This document shows positions 1 through 12,942 of a stretch of DNA of 64,000 bases, in pieces. This DNA comes from Dendrobates tinctorius. Lineage: Eukaryota. A program made the position numbers and the translations under genes. How positions within the stretch are numbered: the stretch's first letter is position 1; every line of letters begins with the position of its first letter. Below the pieces are notes generated by a model that searched no databases, had not been told where the DNA came from, and saw only the letters and a list, made by a program, of their open reading frames with translations. Where the stretch lies: assembly GCF_039654945.1 (NCBI RefSeq), contig NW_027361737.1:5642001-5706000 (forward strand), written 5' to 3'.

Positions 1-389
1 GGATCTCCACCAAAGTGTAGAGGAGGCGGCAGATGAGGTCCGGAACCAGGTACATAACTGACAGCCTGGTGAGTCGTCATGGTAGTTGTTGCCTGGGTAG
101 GTGTAGATGCAGCTAGAACTGCAGTTTGTCTAGATAGGTATTCACTTTCTGTACGTAGGATAAGATCTTATTCTGTTGGTCCTTCTAGTGGGGGGTCTCC
201 TGGTATAGATCAAAGATGGAGGACACCTGAGAGCCAGCGGATTTCATGGCCTGAGCAAACTGTAACTGACTGCGTGGTTGAACCACTGTGTCGTGGCCCA
301 AGGAAAGCCTGGAGGGGCTTAACTAGGTGCCTCACCAAGTCCAACCAAGGATACACGGCGGCTAACGACACTATGATCCATGCTGGATT

Positions 390-1277
390 GTGACAGATAA
401 AAGCACATGTAACCTTTTTTTTCCCTTTAAGCTGTTTGCTTAAAGTTAGTTTTGCCCCCGGTGGCCATTAGGGTCATTATACAGTGGTGTCTTTAGTTCT
501 AGTTTTGCCCCCGGTGGTGGCTAGTATTATTACACGGGAATCACTAGCAGGTGTGATGGCTGGCTCTTGCCTATAAAGGAGAGTCAGGTGGTCTCACTCA
601 CTGTTGATGATATTGGTCATTTCCAACCATCCTTGGTGGAGGAAGGAGCTAGAGAAGAGTTCCTTGCAGCTCAGTCAGAGTCCTGGTGTAGAAGGAGCAA
701 CAGTGAGGAGTTCCTTGCAGCTCTGACAAAGCTTTGGTGAAGTAGCAGCTATACAGGAGGAAAGCTGCACTCAGGTGCAGGACTCAGTTTTGCTCTGTTG
801 CTATTGCTCCCAGCAACAAAGTGTTTTTTCCCTGTTTGTAACTTTCCTTATGTGTTTTAGTGCAGTGGTGGGATTAGTTTCTGCACCGTCCAATTCAATA
901 GAAAGGGATAGGTGCAGGGCAAGCTAGGGTTTTAGGTATCCTGCTCATCGCCAGGTGCGGAACCTGCCTAGGGACCGTCAGGAGTGTAGAGACACTTACT
1001 CAGGGGAGTGCAGGACGTCTCCACATCCCCGTTCCCTATTGCAGGGCCCTCCATTGTATTGGCTTCCCTGGTGCTTCCCTTATCTCTGTAAATTCGCCCT
1101 GCTGGAGGCGGTGTATCCAGATACACGTGTAACTATTGAAATTCGCCTGCTGGAAGTGGTGTATCTGGCTGCACATTTCATTGTTTAAATTCGCCCTGCT
1201 GGAGGCGGTGTATACAGGGTCACGGGTGTCATAGAAATTCGCCCTGCTGGAGGCGGAGTATCCAGTCACCCGTGACA
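390..1277. mobile_element. LTR-like repeat remnant ending ...CCCGTGACA, with four internal AAATTCGCCCTGCTGGAGGCGG-type repeats (1089-1262)
   Basis: CA terminus and internal duplications; left boundary and TSD not resolved. Confidence 0.4.
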
Positions 1278-1755
1278 TCACAGAGACAAAGGAGGTGGAA
1301 CCAAATGCTACACCAGGACAGACCTCGGGTACATGGCTGCTGACCTCCAAGGGACTGGGCAAGCCCCGACAGGCTCGGCTGGAACAGTAGCTGGCACAAC
1401 TGACACATTGACTCATACTGGAGGACACAACAGGTATCTTTGTATGCAAGTACCGGCGGGTACGGCTGATGGACAAGCATATTTAAACAAATGTTCTAAT
1501 GTAACAAAATTGGCAAAAGCCGAGGGGGTGAATACTTTCGCAAGCCACTGTGTGCTGCTGTCAATTAACTCAGTGTCCACTATGATCAAAGACAAGCAGG
1601 CTGGCTGACAATCACAACATTTCTTGATATATAGAGGAAAGTGAATATTGCCTCTTCTTTTGCTGACGAACATTAAAAAAATTGGTTTTGTGTGACCAGA
1701 GCACCTTTGATTATGCCCCAGGTTAGGTTATGCTTGTAAATTTGAGTTGATCTTC

Positions 1756-2432
1756 TGTCACGGGGTTACTGCGACAGTGTGGAGCCAGAAGACCACAGCG
1801 TTTGATTGCTCCTACTCCGGCGCTGAGAAGAAGCACTTCTCCTTCTTTTTAAATGTGCTCATTTCTTCTGGCAGAGCAGGGGTTAATCGGCCATGTTGGA
1901 AATCCCTACGTTACAGCTAAGCTCAGATAGCCACTCCCTTCCCCTTTATAATCTGGGCTCTGTTACAAATCCTTGTCAGAGTTAGCATTTGCAGCATGGC
2001 TAATGGTGGGAGAGTTCATATGAGTAGGAGAGTTACCGTAGAGGAGTTATTAGTGACTGTTGCTTCGTTTGTGCTCATGGTAATTCCTAATCCTTCTCTA
2101 TTTTGATTTATTCCCATACCTTCACACCTTGGTGCATTCCTCTGTTACATATGAGTGAATATTTTGAATGCCTGGAGTTTTCTATTAACCCTTGTTTGTG
2201 TTGACCTATTTGTCAGGTTTGTGTACTATGATGCACAGTAGCACTCCCTCTTTCCTGGGTGGGGGAAGAGAACAGACGGAGGGCTAACTCAGGAGATAAG
2301 GCAAGGCTGGAGGTCCCGGCATCTTTACCTTCAGAAGTATCCCGGGGAGCAGGGCCAGCTAGGGCTCCCCCTGATGTTAGGGACAGGGAAGGAGCCCCTG
2401 GTCCCAGGTCACCCAACAGATGTGTCGTTACA
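1756..2432. mobile_element. Solo LTR
   Basis: TGTCAC...GTTACA termini; 5-bp TSD TCTTC at 1751-1755 and 2433-2437. Confidence 0.85.
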
Positions 2433-2942
2433 TCTTCATTATTATTATTGACCTTGTGTTTTTTTTAATCAGAAACTCATTTATGGATCTCTTCAGATTG
2501 CAAGTAATGTTTAATAGTCCAGAAATGTTCTTTGTTACTTATGTAGTTCATAGTTCATACATAATAAGACTACATAATGTGTTCTATATTAATAGGTGCA
2601 TGGCAGCATCAGCCTCCTATGTCACACGTTCCTCTTATCAAGACTTTGATATGAATCATATATAATATGACCTTGTGCTACTTTGAGAAAGTCAAGTAAA
2701 GCAACTAAGCCATTCCATTTATCTTGTTGGAAAACCCTTTCTTATACTAGTGAACCTTTTTCTGTGCCATCACAAATACTTAAGTAACTATGGCTGGAGA
2801 ACTATTGGAACCATTAGTTGGATTGGGTTTCAGGTTGACTTATACTGTGTTGGTAGATTTATTTTTTGGTCTCAAAGTCTATTGATTTTCTTCATTTGTG
2901 CTCACTGATCACCAGCTAACCTCCTTACACCCTTACCACTGT

Positions 2943-3437
2943 ATTATTATTATTATTTATTTCTATAGCACCATTGATTCCATGGTGCTGTGCATGAGAA
3001 GGGGTAACATACAAAGTACAGATATCACTTACAGTAAACAAACTAACAATCACAGACTGATATAGAGGGGAGAGAGGACCCTGCCCTTTCGGGCTTACAT
3101 TCTACAGGATGGTGAGGAAGGGGACAGTAGGTTGGGGGGTTGCAGAAGTTCCAGTGATGGTGAGGCGGTAGCTCCAGTAGTGGTGAGGAGGCAGCGGGGA
3201 TCATTGCAGGCTGTAAGCTTTCCTGAAGAGATGGGTTTTCAGGTTCCGCCTGAAGGAGCTGATTGTGGTTGATAGTCGGATGTTTTGGGGCAAAGAATTC
3301 CAGAGAATGGGGGCTATTCGGGAGAAGTCTTGGAGGCGGTTGGGTGAGGAGCGAATAAGTGTGGAAGAGAGAAGGAGGTCTTGAGAGGACCGGAGATTAC
3401 ATGAGGGAAGGTATCGGGAGATTAGTTCAGAGACATA
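2943..3437 (-). mobile_element. L2/CR1-group LINE 3' fragment
   Basis: (ATT)n tail followed by TTTATTTCTATAGCACCATT, typical of L2 3' ends read antisense. Confidence 0.6.
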
Positions 3438-3525
3438 TGTGGGCTGTAGTGCAAAACAGGGAATTTTTCAAATACTGCATTTTTATGAGTTTCTAGATGG
3501 TGACCCTATTGACCATCACCGTGGG

Positions 3526-4322
3526 CAGGGGCGTAACTACCATGGTTGCAGCAGTCACCACTGCGATAGGGCCCCGGGGAGTCAGGGGCCCGGCAGGTCA
3601 GACCATGATGTCTCCCAACCATCCTGATTCTTGCGGGACAGTCCCATCTTTTCTGTGCGCACAGGACCTGTGATGAGGTCACAGGCGGGGAGGAGTCAGG
3701 GGTCACATGATCAGGGGCCTCGGTTTGTGCAGGACTCTGCTGTGCTGGTTGTCATAGTGCTGGATGAGGTAAAGTTTCTGTGTGGGGTCAGGAGGGGTTT
3801 ACAGTGTGGATGTAGCAGAGCTGTATGTGTACAAGGTGTATGGAGCAGAGCCGTGTGTGTGTACAAGGTCTACGGAGCAGAGCCGTTTGTGTGTACAAGG
3901 TGTACGGAGCAGAGCCGTGTGTGTGTACAAGGTGTATGGAGCAGAGTCGTGTGTGTAGAAGGTGTATGGAGCAGAGCCGTGTGTGTACGAGGTGTGCAGA
4001 GCAGAGCCTGTGTGTATGAGGTGTACGGAGAGGAGCTGCGTGTGTACAAGGTGTACGGAGCGGAGCTGTGTGTGTACGAGGTGTACGGAGCTGAGCCGTG
4101 TGTGTACGGAGCAGAGCAGACCCGCGCGTGTATGAGGTGTACGGAGCGTAGCCGCACGTGTACAAGGTGTACGGAGCGTAGCCGGGTGTGTACGAGGTGT
4201 ACGGAGAGGAGCCATGCGTGTACGAGGTGTATGGAGCGGAGATGTGCGTGTATTTTGGCATGGGGAGGGGGCCCCATTTGAAAGTTTGCACCGGGGCCCA
4301 TAACTTTGTGGTTATGCCACTG
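3526..4322. mobile_element. Non-autonomous hAT element carrying a minisatellite
   Basis: CAGGGGCGTAAC...GTTATGCCACTG termini; perfect 8-bp TSD ACCGTGGG at 3518-3525 and 4323-4330. Confidence 0.85.
3805..4250. repeat. ~28-32-bp minisatellite (GTGTACAAGGTGTACGGAGCAGAGCCGTGT)n
   Basis: Directly visible tandem units. Confidence 0.9.
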
Positions 4323-4848
4323 ACCGTGGGTACAGTCTCAACTCCTTACATAATACAAATTCACTAGGTGATTATTTATATTCTCACCTTTAATATGATA
4401 GACTGATGAGGTTAATCTTTTACTTTGGTGCAATGTGCATTGATCAGTTTTTGATGACTCGTACATAAACGTCTCACTCCCACTCAAACAAACAATTCAT
4501 AACTTACCTATGACTGAAAATTAAACAGTAGCCACCTATTTTACCCATAAATCAATAGTACGTACAAATTTAAGGAATTTTGTAATATATCATATTAGAG
4601 AAATATACTTCCTTCCCCACATATCAGTTACTTCTTGTCTCCTGATCGCTGATCGTTCATTGCAAAAGTTGCTCAAATCTGTCATCAGTGAGAAATAAAA
4701 TGACACCACAAGTCTATGGAGACGGGATGGTGGACAATGTGGAATTGTTATCTGAAGATGTAGTTACACTTTAAAGATTTACTTTCCTGCTTCGGTCGTG
4801 CCCCAAAAGATTCTGTTTACTTACGTTGTGGCTTCAGATGTTCAAGTA

Positions 4849-6172
4849 CGGTGGATATAAAAAGTCTACACACCCGACTGAAAAGAACATTTTTTTGTCA
4901 TGTAAAAAATCATACCAAGAAGAATAATTTCAGAACTTTTTCCATCTTGAATTTCACCTATAATCCGTATAATCCAATTAAAAAATATATTGAAAATTTT
5001 GTGTTGGTATCAGTCTATCAGTATAGCACATCTAGAACTGGCAATCTTTGCCCACTCTTCCTTGCAGTAGCGCTCCAAATCTGTCAGATTGCGAGGTTAT
5101 CCTTTTCAGAACAACCCACAGATTTTCATTTAGATTCAGATCTGCTTTTGACTGGGTCATTCTTTTGTTGATTTGAACATTTGCTTAGGGTCGTTGTCTT
5201 GCTGAAAGGTGAAATTCACCTTCAGATTTTTAGCACAGGTCTGAAGGTTTTGTTGCAAAATTGACTGATATTTGGAACTGTTCATAATTACCTCTACCTT
5301 AACTAAAGCCCCAGTTCTAGCTGTCAAAAAATAGCCCCAAAGTATAACGCTGCCTCCAACTTGCTACACTGAGGGTATGATGCTCTGTTAGTGAAGTGCA
5401 GTGTTGGCTTTTATATCAAACATACCTTTTGGAATTATTATCTAAAAGTTCTACCCTAGTCTCATCAGACCATTGCACGCTTTCTCACATGTTTTTGGCA
5501 CACTTGATGTAGGTTTTGGCAAAACATAGCCAGGTTTGGTTGTTTTTCTTAGTAGGAAAAAGTTTTCGTCTTGCCACCCTGCCCCACAGGCCAGACATAT
5601 GAAGAATACAGTGCAGTGCGCAACCAGCAATTGGCAGAAATTCATGTAGCTCCCTTTAATTTTACAGTAGGCCTCCCATACCAGTTTTCTTCTTGTGTTT
5701 TGAGGGGTGTCCAGTGTTATTTAATGTCACTTTTGTGCCAAATTTAAGCCACTTCTTGATCACCATCTTAACAGTGTTCCATGGTGTATCTAATGCCTTT
5801 TTTGTACCCTTCTCATGACAATGAGATCTGTTTGCCATGTTGTATATTGTATACAGGTTATGGCTTTTGCAGTAAAATACAACTAATATTTAAAAAATCC
5901 TACTAGGACAGTTAAACTTTCTATGAAGTTAATCCGAATCACTGGAAATGATGGCAGCTGTGTACTGACTACTATGTAGCTTGAGTTTACATGTGGTTGG
6001 CTAATTCTGAACATAGCCACATGCTCAAGTATAAGAGGATGTGAACACTTATGCAACCATAACATTTTAGTACGTTTATTTCCCATCTTAAAATGATTTC
6101 TATTTGTTTTTCAGTGGATTTATACAGATTATGGTTAACACTAAAAGGTGTGTAGGGTTTTTATATCCACTA
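4849..6172 (-). mobile_element. Degenerate Tc1/mariner DNA transposon
   Basis: TIRs CGGTGGATATAAAAAGTCTACACACC / GGTGTGTAGGGTTTTTATATCCACTA flanked by TA; decayed transposase-like sequence on the minus strand. Confidence 0.75.
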
Positions 6173-6189
6173 TATACAGTAGTAAGGAC

Positions 6190-6901
6190 CATGTTTTCCT
6201 CTAGGCACCGAAGGTACAAAGAGTGAGTGGGAGATGAGCCTATCTTCTGCAGTGTCATTTGCTGCTTAGCTTATTAGCAGAAGCCTCTAGATCCTTGTAA
6301 TCTGCCTCCCAGCCATCTCTCGCTGGGGCTGGGAGGCTCCGCCGGCATTTCCTCAAAGCCCGGGGCCCCCGCAGCTCCATTGCTGTGATGCAGTTGCCTC
6401 CGGGAAAATGGCCGCTGGGTCGGCGCATGCTCAGATTCAGATCTTGGCAACGAGATCTCGTCTTGATATCCCGTCTCCCAAGATTTCGGGACGAGATCTG
6501 AATCTGAGCATGCGCCGCCCCCAGCGGCCATTTTCCCGGAGGCCACCGCATTACAGCAATGGAGCTGCGGGGGCCTCCGGACTTTGCAGAAATGCTGGCG
6601 GAGCCCCCCACGCTGCTCAAAGAGCCACTGGCGGATCCCACCATGCTGCACAAAGAGCCTCTGCCTCCGCCGCCCCCCAGCACAGAGAGCCGCACAGAGC
6701 ACCGCTACCGCAAGGAGGTAATAGAGATACTTCATTTACACCTTCCCGGTGAGGCGCCCCCTCACCGCGTCATCCGGACGACTCCTCCACACCGCCCAAT
6801 AAGATGACACCCGGTGTATAAGAAGACTCCCGACTTTTAAGAAGATTTTATATTTTAACTGGAAAAATTGGGGGTCATCTTACACGTCGGAAAATACGGT
6901 A
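6190..6901. mobile_element. Non-autonomous DNA transposon fragment (pogo/Tigger-like end) with a GC-rich internal palindrome (~6330-6610)
   Basis: Inverted repeats of GCAGCTCCATTGCT and CCGGGAAAATGG; terminus CGGAAAATACGG+TA. Confidence 0.55.
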
Positions 6902-7963
6902 TTTTAATTATATTGTTTTATTTTATATATAGGTAATTATCACATTGCGTCACAGTAGAAAATAGAAAATAATGCATATATTATCATTTTATAGTATTAC
7001 ATAACCAGTGTAACCACTGAATTGAAGATTTAACATGTTAATCAAAGCAGTTACATCCAAGCCTTTTCTTTGTACCTTTGTATTGACTTGTTGAAATGAA
7101 TTTGCAGCTGTGACACATATTTTTTTAACACAAAAACCCAGAGCGCTTTGGCCATGATTTTCGAGTTTTGTGAATGCAGTCTAAGTCATTTGGTTGACAA
7201 CTGACTAAACACATAATGACCATGACCAATGTTTTTATGCCAATCTATTGAATGAAATTCAAACATATTTTTTAAATTCATGTTGCAGTTTTCATTAATC
7301 TAAAACATTACATTGCCGATCTGTTATTTTTTAAAATTATAAAAGAGAACGCTGAAATACATAAAAAAATAAAAATGTTCTTCCAAACCTCTTTTATGTG
7401 GTGCAAAATTCCTACTAATCAGAAGTTGATTGAAAAGAGTATGACATTGAAATCCAGAACTGTCTGGTTTTGTGCTCACTCACACCAGCATATACATCGG
7501 ACGAGTGCTATCGGATAGCACTCGGACCAATGTTACTCAATGCCTCAGTGCTGATGACCAATTTTTTTCATACACAATCTGTCACTCAGTTCGGATGCCA
7601 TTCATGTATTCAAGTGTGTGGGTGCGTTGAAAACGTTGGACTGCACTCGGATGACAGTTTCTGTGGACTCACAGAATGGAGAAGATGGAGAAATTTTGTT
7701 CTCCATCTTCTCCTCACTCCTCTCATCCGAGAGAATCGGATCACACTAAGCTGACATTTGGCTCGAACTCTGATCAGAGTGTTATTTTGGTAAAATATTT
7801 GGGAGCACAGAGCGACACAGCTATTCAATTTAGAAAATGTTACGGTAATTTTGCATAAAAATATTCCAAAATAATACCTTTGTGAAAGCAACATCAACTT
7901 TCCATGGAGCTCTAGAGATAATATTGTCACATATTCATTCTGTGAATAAGGAACTCCTTTACC

Positions 7964-8124
7964 AGTGTCCTGTGTGCTTGAGTAGAATATTAACAGGGTT
8001 ATTAGTTGTCATGACAAATTATTACCCTGAACATTATCTCATAGATTTTTTAGTCTAAGGATGTGCATCATATAAATGGTGAGGTCACCATAAAACGACA
8101 CAAAGTAGTCGTACCTTCGAGGGA
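7964..8124 (+). promoter_or_regulatory. TM4SF4 copy A proximal promoter: HNF1-like site (7982-7994) and TATA box (8071-8076)
   Basis: AGTAGAATATTAACAG is identical upstream of both paralogues; its reverse complement contains GTTAATATTCTAC, close to the albumin HNF1 site; TATAAA ~100 nt before the ATG. Confidence 0.6.
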
Positions 8125-8172
8125 TTACACTAGGCTGAATTCTCACAACCAACAGTGAAGAAGTAACCAAAG

Positions 8173-8346
8173 ATGTGTTCAGGAGGCTGTGCAAAGTGCT
8201 TGGGCATCACCCTCATCCCTCTCGCTATTCTTTCTGTTTTGGCAAATATTTTGCTTTTTTTCCCAGCTGGTAAAGTTGCAGAGAGCAATGATCATATCAC
8301 AAAAGAAGTCTTTTACCTTGGAGGACTCTTGGGTTCTGGTGTTCTG
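8173..8346 (+). CDS. TM4SF4: TM4SF4 copy A, coding exon 1 (174 nt)
   Basis: MCSGGCAKCLG...LANILLFFP...GGLLGSGVL, L6-family N-terminus; GTGAGT donor at 8347. Confidence 0.95.
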
Positions 8347-8964
8347 GTGAGTGCACAACCTTAGTGTGTGTTAATTCTCACATTTTTCTGGGCCTTTGTT
8401 CATTATCATCTGCTTAATATTAATTCTCCTGAGAATATCCTAAAAAATGGTAATATACATATACAGATTAGCGTACATAACATCCTCCAAACATTAGTAA
8501 CCATTGTTTTCTCGTTTTAGTTTTTTCTTTTTGCTGGAAATTTGGATAAAAATTACCTTCAGCCAACATTATTGGGGCTAAAATGAACAATTGAAATTGG
8601 ATATTAAAGATTAGAATATTAAAGAGCCAGACGGCTCGCAGTACTAACTACTCCTTAGATGAATTACCCATAAAAGTTACAATCCTCATAATCAGCCTCG
8701 GCTCCTTCCGTTAAAAAATAGATACATTTTATTAATATGGATGTTGGCCAAAGTTCCCAATGAATTTTTCAGATGTTTGGAAACTGTCCTTAAATAGGTA
8801 CATTTTTTTAGTCATTGATTTTATAGAGATTAGTATATAACATACTGGTATATATATATTTTAAGCCTTAACCTCTACATGCCATGGCCAATTTTCATTC
8901 TTGCACTTTCATTTCTCCTGTCCTTTCTTCCAAGAGTCATAACTTTTTTCCATCACCACATGAA

Positions 8965-9519
8965 TAGTGATGAGCGAATGTGCTCGGACAAGGTATTATC
9001 CGAGCATGCTTGGGTGCTAGGCGAGCGTCTTCAGCATGCGCAAATAATGTGTTCAAATCCCCGCGGCTGCACGTCTCACAAACAAGCAATCATAGTATCA
9101 TAGTAACATAGTTAGCAAGGCCAAAAAAAGACCTTTGTCCTTCCAGTTCCGCCAATATTCCGTAAGAATAAATCCCCAGATCTACGTCCTTCTAAAGAAC
9201 CTAACACTGTAAGATACAATATTGTTACACTCCAGGAAGACATCCAAGTTTCTCTTGAACCCCTGGACTGAGTTCGCCATCACCACCTCCTCAGGCAGGG
9301 AATTCCAGATTCTCACTGCCCTAACAGTAAAGAATCCTCTTCTGTGTTGGTGGAAAAACCTTCTCTCCTCCAGACGCAGAGAATGCCCCCTAAATCCCTT
9401 CATGTTTTGCGGCTATCCAACAGCCACAGGAACATATTTTTCGAGCACACTGAAGACATTCGGTTAGCACCCGAGCATGCTCGCATAGCATGTTATCGGA
9501 GCACATTCGCTCATCACTA
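8965..9519. mobile_element. Palindromic MITE (TAGTGATGAGCGA... family) interrupted by an antisense CR1 3' fragment (~9090-9390)
   Basis: TAGTGATGAGCGAATGTGCTC / GAGCACATTCGCTCATCACTA inverted ends; CATAGTAACATAG tail; ORF 9182-9403 FFTVRAVRIWNSLP is CR1 RT C-terminus. Confidence 0.75.
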
Positions 9520-10606
9520 CTTATGAAGACTTGTAGTTTGGAATGACATCATTCATTTTTTGATAGAAGCTACTGGAAATGGGAATAAATTCCAATTGCT
9601 GCAAAATGGTGAAAACAAACAATTTTACCATTGTAATTTTCTGTTTTTATAGCAGTCATTTTGCTGTAAAAGTGACTTGAAAACATGATGCTTCCGGTCA
9701 GTATGATTACGGCGATACCAAACTTGTATAGTTTTTTATTCATGTAGTGAAGAAAATGTCAAAGCATGTAGAAATAAAATTGCTTTGTGTTGCTATTTCC
9801 AGAGATTTGTACCTTTTTTTTTTTTTCTCGTTTTTCCATCAATGAAGCTGTGTGGGCTTTTTTTTTGTATGGCAACTCAAAGTTTTTATTTGCACCATTT
9901 TAGTCTGCATACAATGCTTATGCTTCATTTTCTTGCCTTTTTATGGGACAGTGACCGAAAAATGGCAATTCTGGTGTTTTAATTTTAATTTTTCTTTGCT
10001 TTACAGAATTTACCATGCAAGTCAGTTCCAGCGATACCAAATATGCTTGTTTTTATTTTTCCCTTCTTAATCGAGTTAAAGGAGGGTTAGTCATATGAAT
10101 GGTTTTCTTGTTTTTTTTAGATTAAAACAAAAATATAGTTGAAATAAATGTGATAGATCACATATTCTATATACTTCAATGGTCTTTTATTGCATTTTAT
10201 AATGAAATTGATGTGGGCTGAGCTTCATAGGACCAAAGTAGAAGTAACGAGGACTATGGCAACCTGAGATCATGGGTGCAGGGGTATAGGAGCTATTGCA
10301 GGCTTGCTCTGGCAAGAAATCTATTTAAATGCCGCAGTTAGTGATTGACAGCTGCATCTACATGATTAAACCACAACTCTCAAAGCTAGCTTTGGTTGTG
10401 GTTACAGGCACATGACGGCTGTATGATCCCAACTCCACATAAGCGGACTCAGGGGAGGACTTACTGCTTATTCTACAGTATGTTCTCCAAGTGGTTAATT
10501 ACACCCCACATACAAAAAGGTTTTTTTATAGGTAGTTGAAGATCTGGTTTGGAGCCATCTAAGTTGTACTACCAGCATTGCTAAGCTGGAGTCATTTATA
10601 CCCTTA

Positions 10607-10784
10607 GGCCGGGGTCACACTTGCGAGTGCAATGCGAGAAACTCGCGTGAGTCTCTCGCCTCAATACCCGACACTCCCACCGGCGGTTCAAACGCTGGTC
10701 CCGAGTGCCGGCGGCAGTGCCGGGTATCGATGAGAGAGACTCACGCGAGTTTCTCGCATTCCACTCGCAAGTCTAACCCCGGCC
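10607..10784. mobile_element. Harbinger/PIF-like MITE
   Basis: GGCCGGGGTCACACTTGCGAGTG inverted termini; TTA on both sides. Confidence 0.8.
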
Positions 10785-10787
10785 TTA

Positions 10788-11003
10788 GAACTCATACTCA
10801 CTTGTGAGAGACTCGCACGATTCTCGTGTGAGTCTCTCGCATGAAAACCTGGCACTGCCGCCGGCACTCGGACTGGAGCGTGCAGCTACAAGTATTTCTA
10901 TGCAGCCGCACGCTCCGGTCCCAGTGCCGGCAGCAGTGCCAGGCTTTCATGCGAGAGACTCACACAAGAATCGTGCGAGTCTCTCGCAAGTGAGTATGAG
11001 CCC
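10788..11003. mobile_element. Second related Harbinger-like MITE abutting the first
   Basis: CTCATACTCACTTG / CAAGTGAGTATGAG inverted termini; TTA on both sides. Confidence 0.75.
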
Positions 11004-11954
11004 TTAGACTCATATTCCTGGGTGTCAAAATATTATTGTCTTTTCACCCAAATAACTGTGCTAGATCTTGTATTTTGCAAGTTGGGTTGTATTTGTGCCA
11101 TTTTGAGGTACGTATAACTATTACCCAGCTTTCATTAACTCTTTATAGGGAGAAAAACAGCAAGTGTTTATAACATTTGAAATTGTATGGCATAACAATA
11201 AGTTTTTACTTTATTCTGAGGATCAGTGCGATTTTGGTTTTATTACTTTTGTACAATAAATACACTTTTTTTCCCAGATTAAACCTTTGAGTAACCGAGA
11301 TTTTAGGTTTCTTTTTAAACTTTTTTTCTAATTTTAATCAGTTAACTTCTTTATTTTATTTTATTTTTTACAATGTTTATCTCCCAACTTGACTTGACTT
11401 GAGACTTGATAATTTGATGCTTTGATTACATAGGTAATAAACTTGACAGTATCATATCCCCTACTGCTGCCTGTGACAGAGCCCAGTAGGCTTTGGTATA
11501 GGACAAACATGGATTGTTAGGTAAATTGCAATACCAATGAATTGGCATGCCATAATTGAGCTGCAATGGGCTCATGGGCTGCCATAGGAAGCGCACTGTA
11601 TCTGACGCTTCATGCGCCACAGTCAGTCATATGAGAGGTTCAGCTGTTGGGATCTGTGTATACTGTATATTGCTCGTGCTCCTGTAGTAACCGTGCGATC
11701 ACCATAATGTACATAGCAGTCACGGAGAACTAATAACCATGTAGTGTTAAGAGGTTAATAATGAGTTAAGTACTTTTGTATGTATGCACTTTACATCTCC
11801 ATAACAAGCATTTAATATGTATGTCATGGAGCAAGTCTGAGCCCAGCCCAGACAAGGCAGATGCTGGCTGTGTTACATAGCCGGCATCTCTGTCTAAGAG
11901 CAGCAACCAGAATTACTGCCAGTGGCTGCTGTTAACCACTTACATGCCATTGTC

Positions 11955-12942
11955 AGTCTCACACCATCCTTATTGAAAAAATGACTAAGTATGGAATGGG
12001 CAAAGCAACTGTTAGGTGGATTCATATCTGGCTTAGTGACCAGACCAGAGTGGTTGTAAATGGCTGCACATCCAGTAGGAAGAATGTCTCAAGTGGGGTA
12101 CCACAGGGCTCTGTCCTGGGCCCTATATTGTTCAACATCTTTATCAATGATTTAGATAGCTAATACTAGAGAAGAGAGAGAGGATTCAAAAAGATATAAA
12201 TAAACTGGAGCAGTGGGCAGCAACTAACAGAATGGTTTTTAACAGGGAAAAATGCAAAGTACTACATCTGGGCTATAAAAATGAAAAAAATATATACAGG
12301 ATGGGAGGAATAGGGCTAAGCAACAGCACATGTGAAAAAGACTTGGGTATACTAATAGATCACAGACTGAATATGAGTAAACAGTGTGATGCAGCATCAA
12401 AAAAGGCAAATGCAATTCTGGTATGTATTAACAGAAGCATACAGTCTAGATCACATGAAGTCATTATTGCCCTCTACTCCTCTTTGGTCAGACCTCATCT
12501 GGAATACTGTGTCCAGTTTTGGGCACCACATTTTAAAAAAGACATCAACAAACTGGAGCAAGTTCAGAGAAGAGTGACCAGAATGGTGACCAGTCTGCAA
12601 ATCATGTCCTATGAGGAACGGTTACAGGATTTGGGAATTTTTAGCTTGCAAAAAAGAGGAGACTTATAACTGCCTGCAAATATCTCAAGGGCTGTCACAT
12701 TGTAGAAGGATCATCTTTTTTTATAATTTGCACAAGGAAAGACTTGAAGCAATGGGATGAAACTGAATGAGAGGAGACACAGATTAGATATTAGAAAGAA
12801 CTTTTTGACAGTGAGGGTGATCAATTAGTGGAACAGGCTGCCACGAGAGGTGGGATGATTTAGTGAATCCTGCATTGAGCAGGTGGTTGGACCAGATGAC
12901 CCAGGAGGTCCCTTCCAACTCTACCATTGTATGATTCTATGA
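11955..12942 (+). mobile_element. 5'-truncated CR1 LINE (RT C-terminus and 3' UTR), disrupted
   Basis: [32 protein letters not shown] and RPHLEYCVQFW motifs; ATGATTCTATGATT tail. Confidence 0.9.

Noticed and set aside
3631-4301. Several 130-216 aa Cys/His/Thr-rich ORFs
   Set aside because: All are translations of the minisatellite inside a hAT element.
6255-6807. Overlapping ORFs on both strands with similar peptides
   Set aside because: Artefact of a GC-rich palindromic transposon interior.
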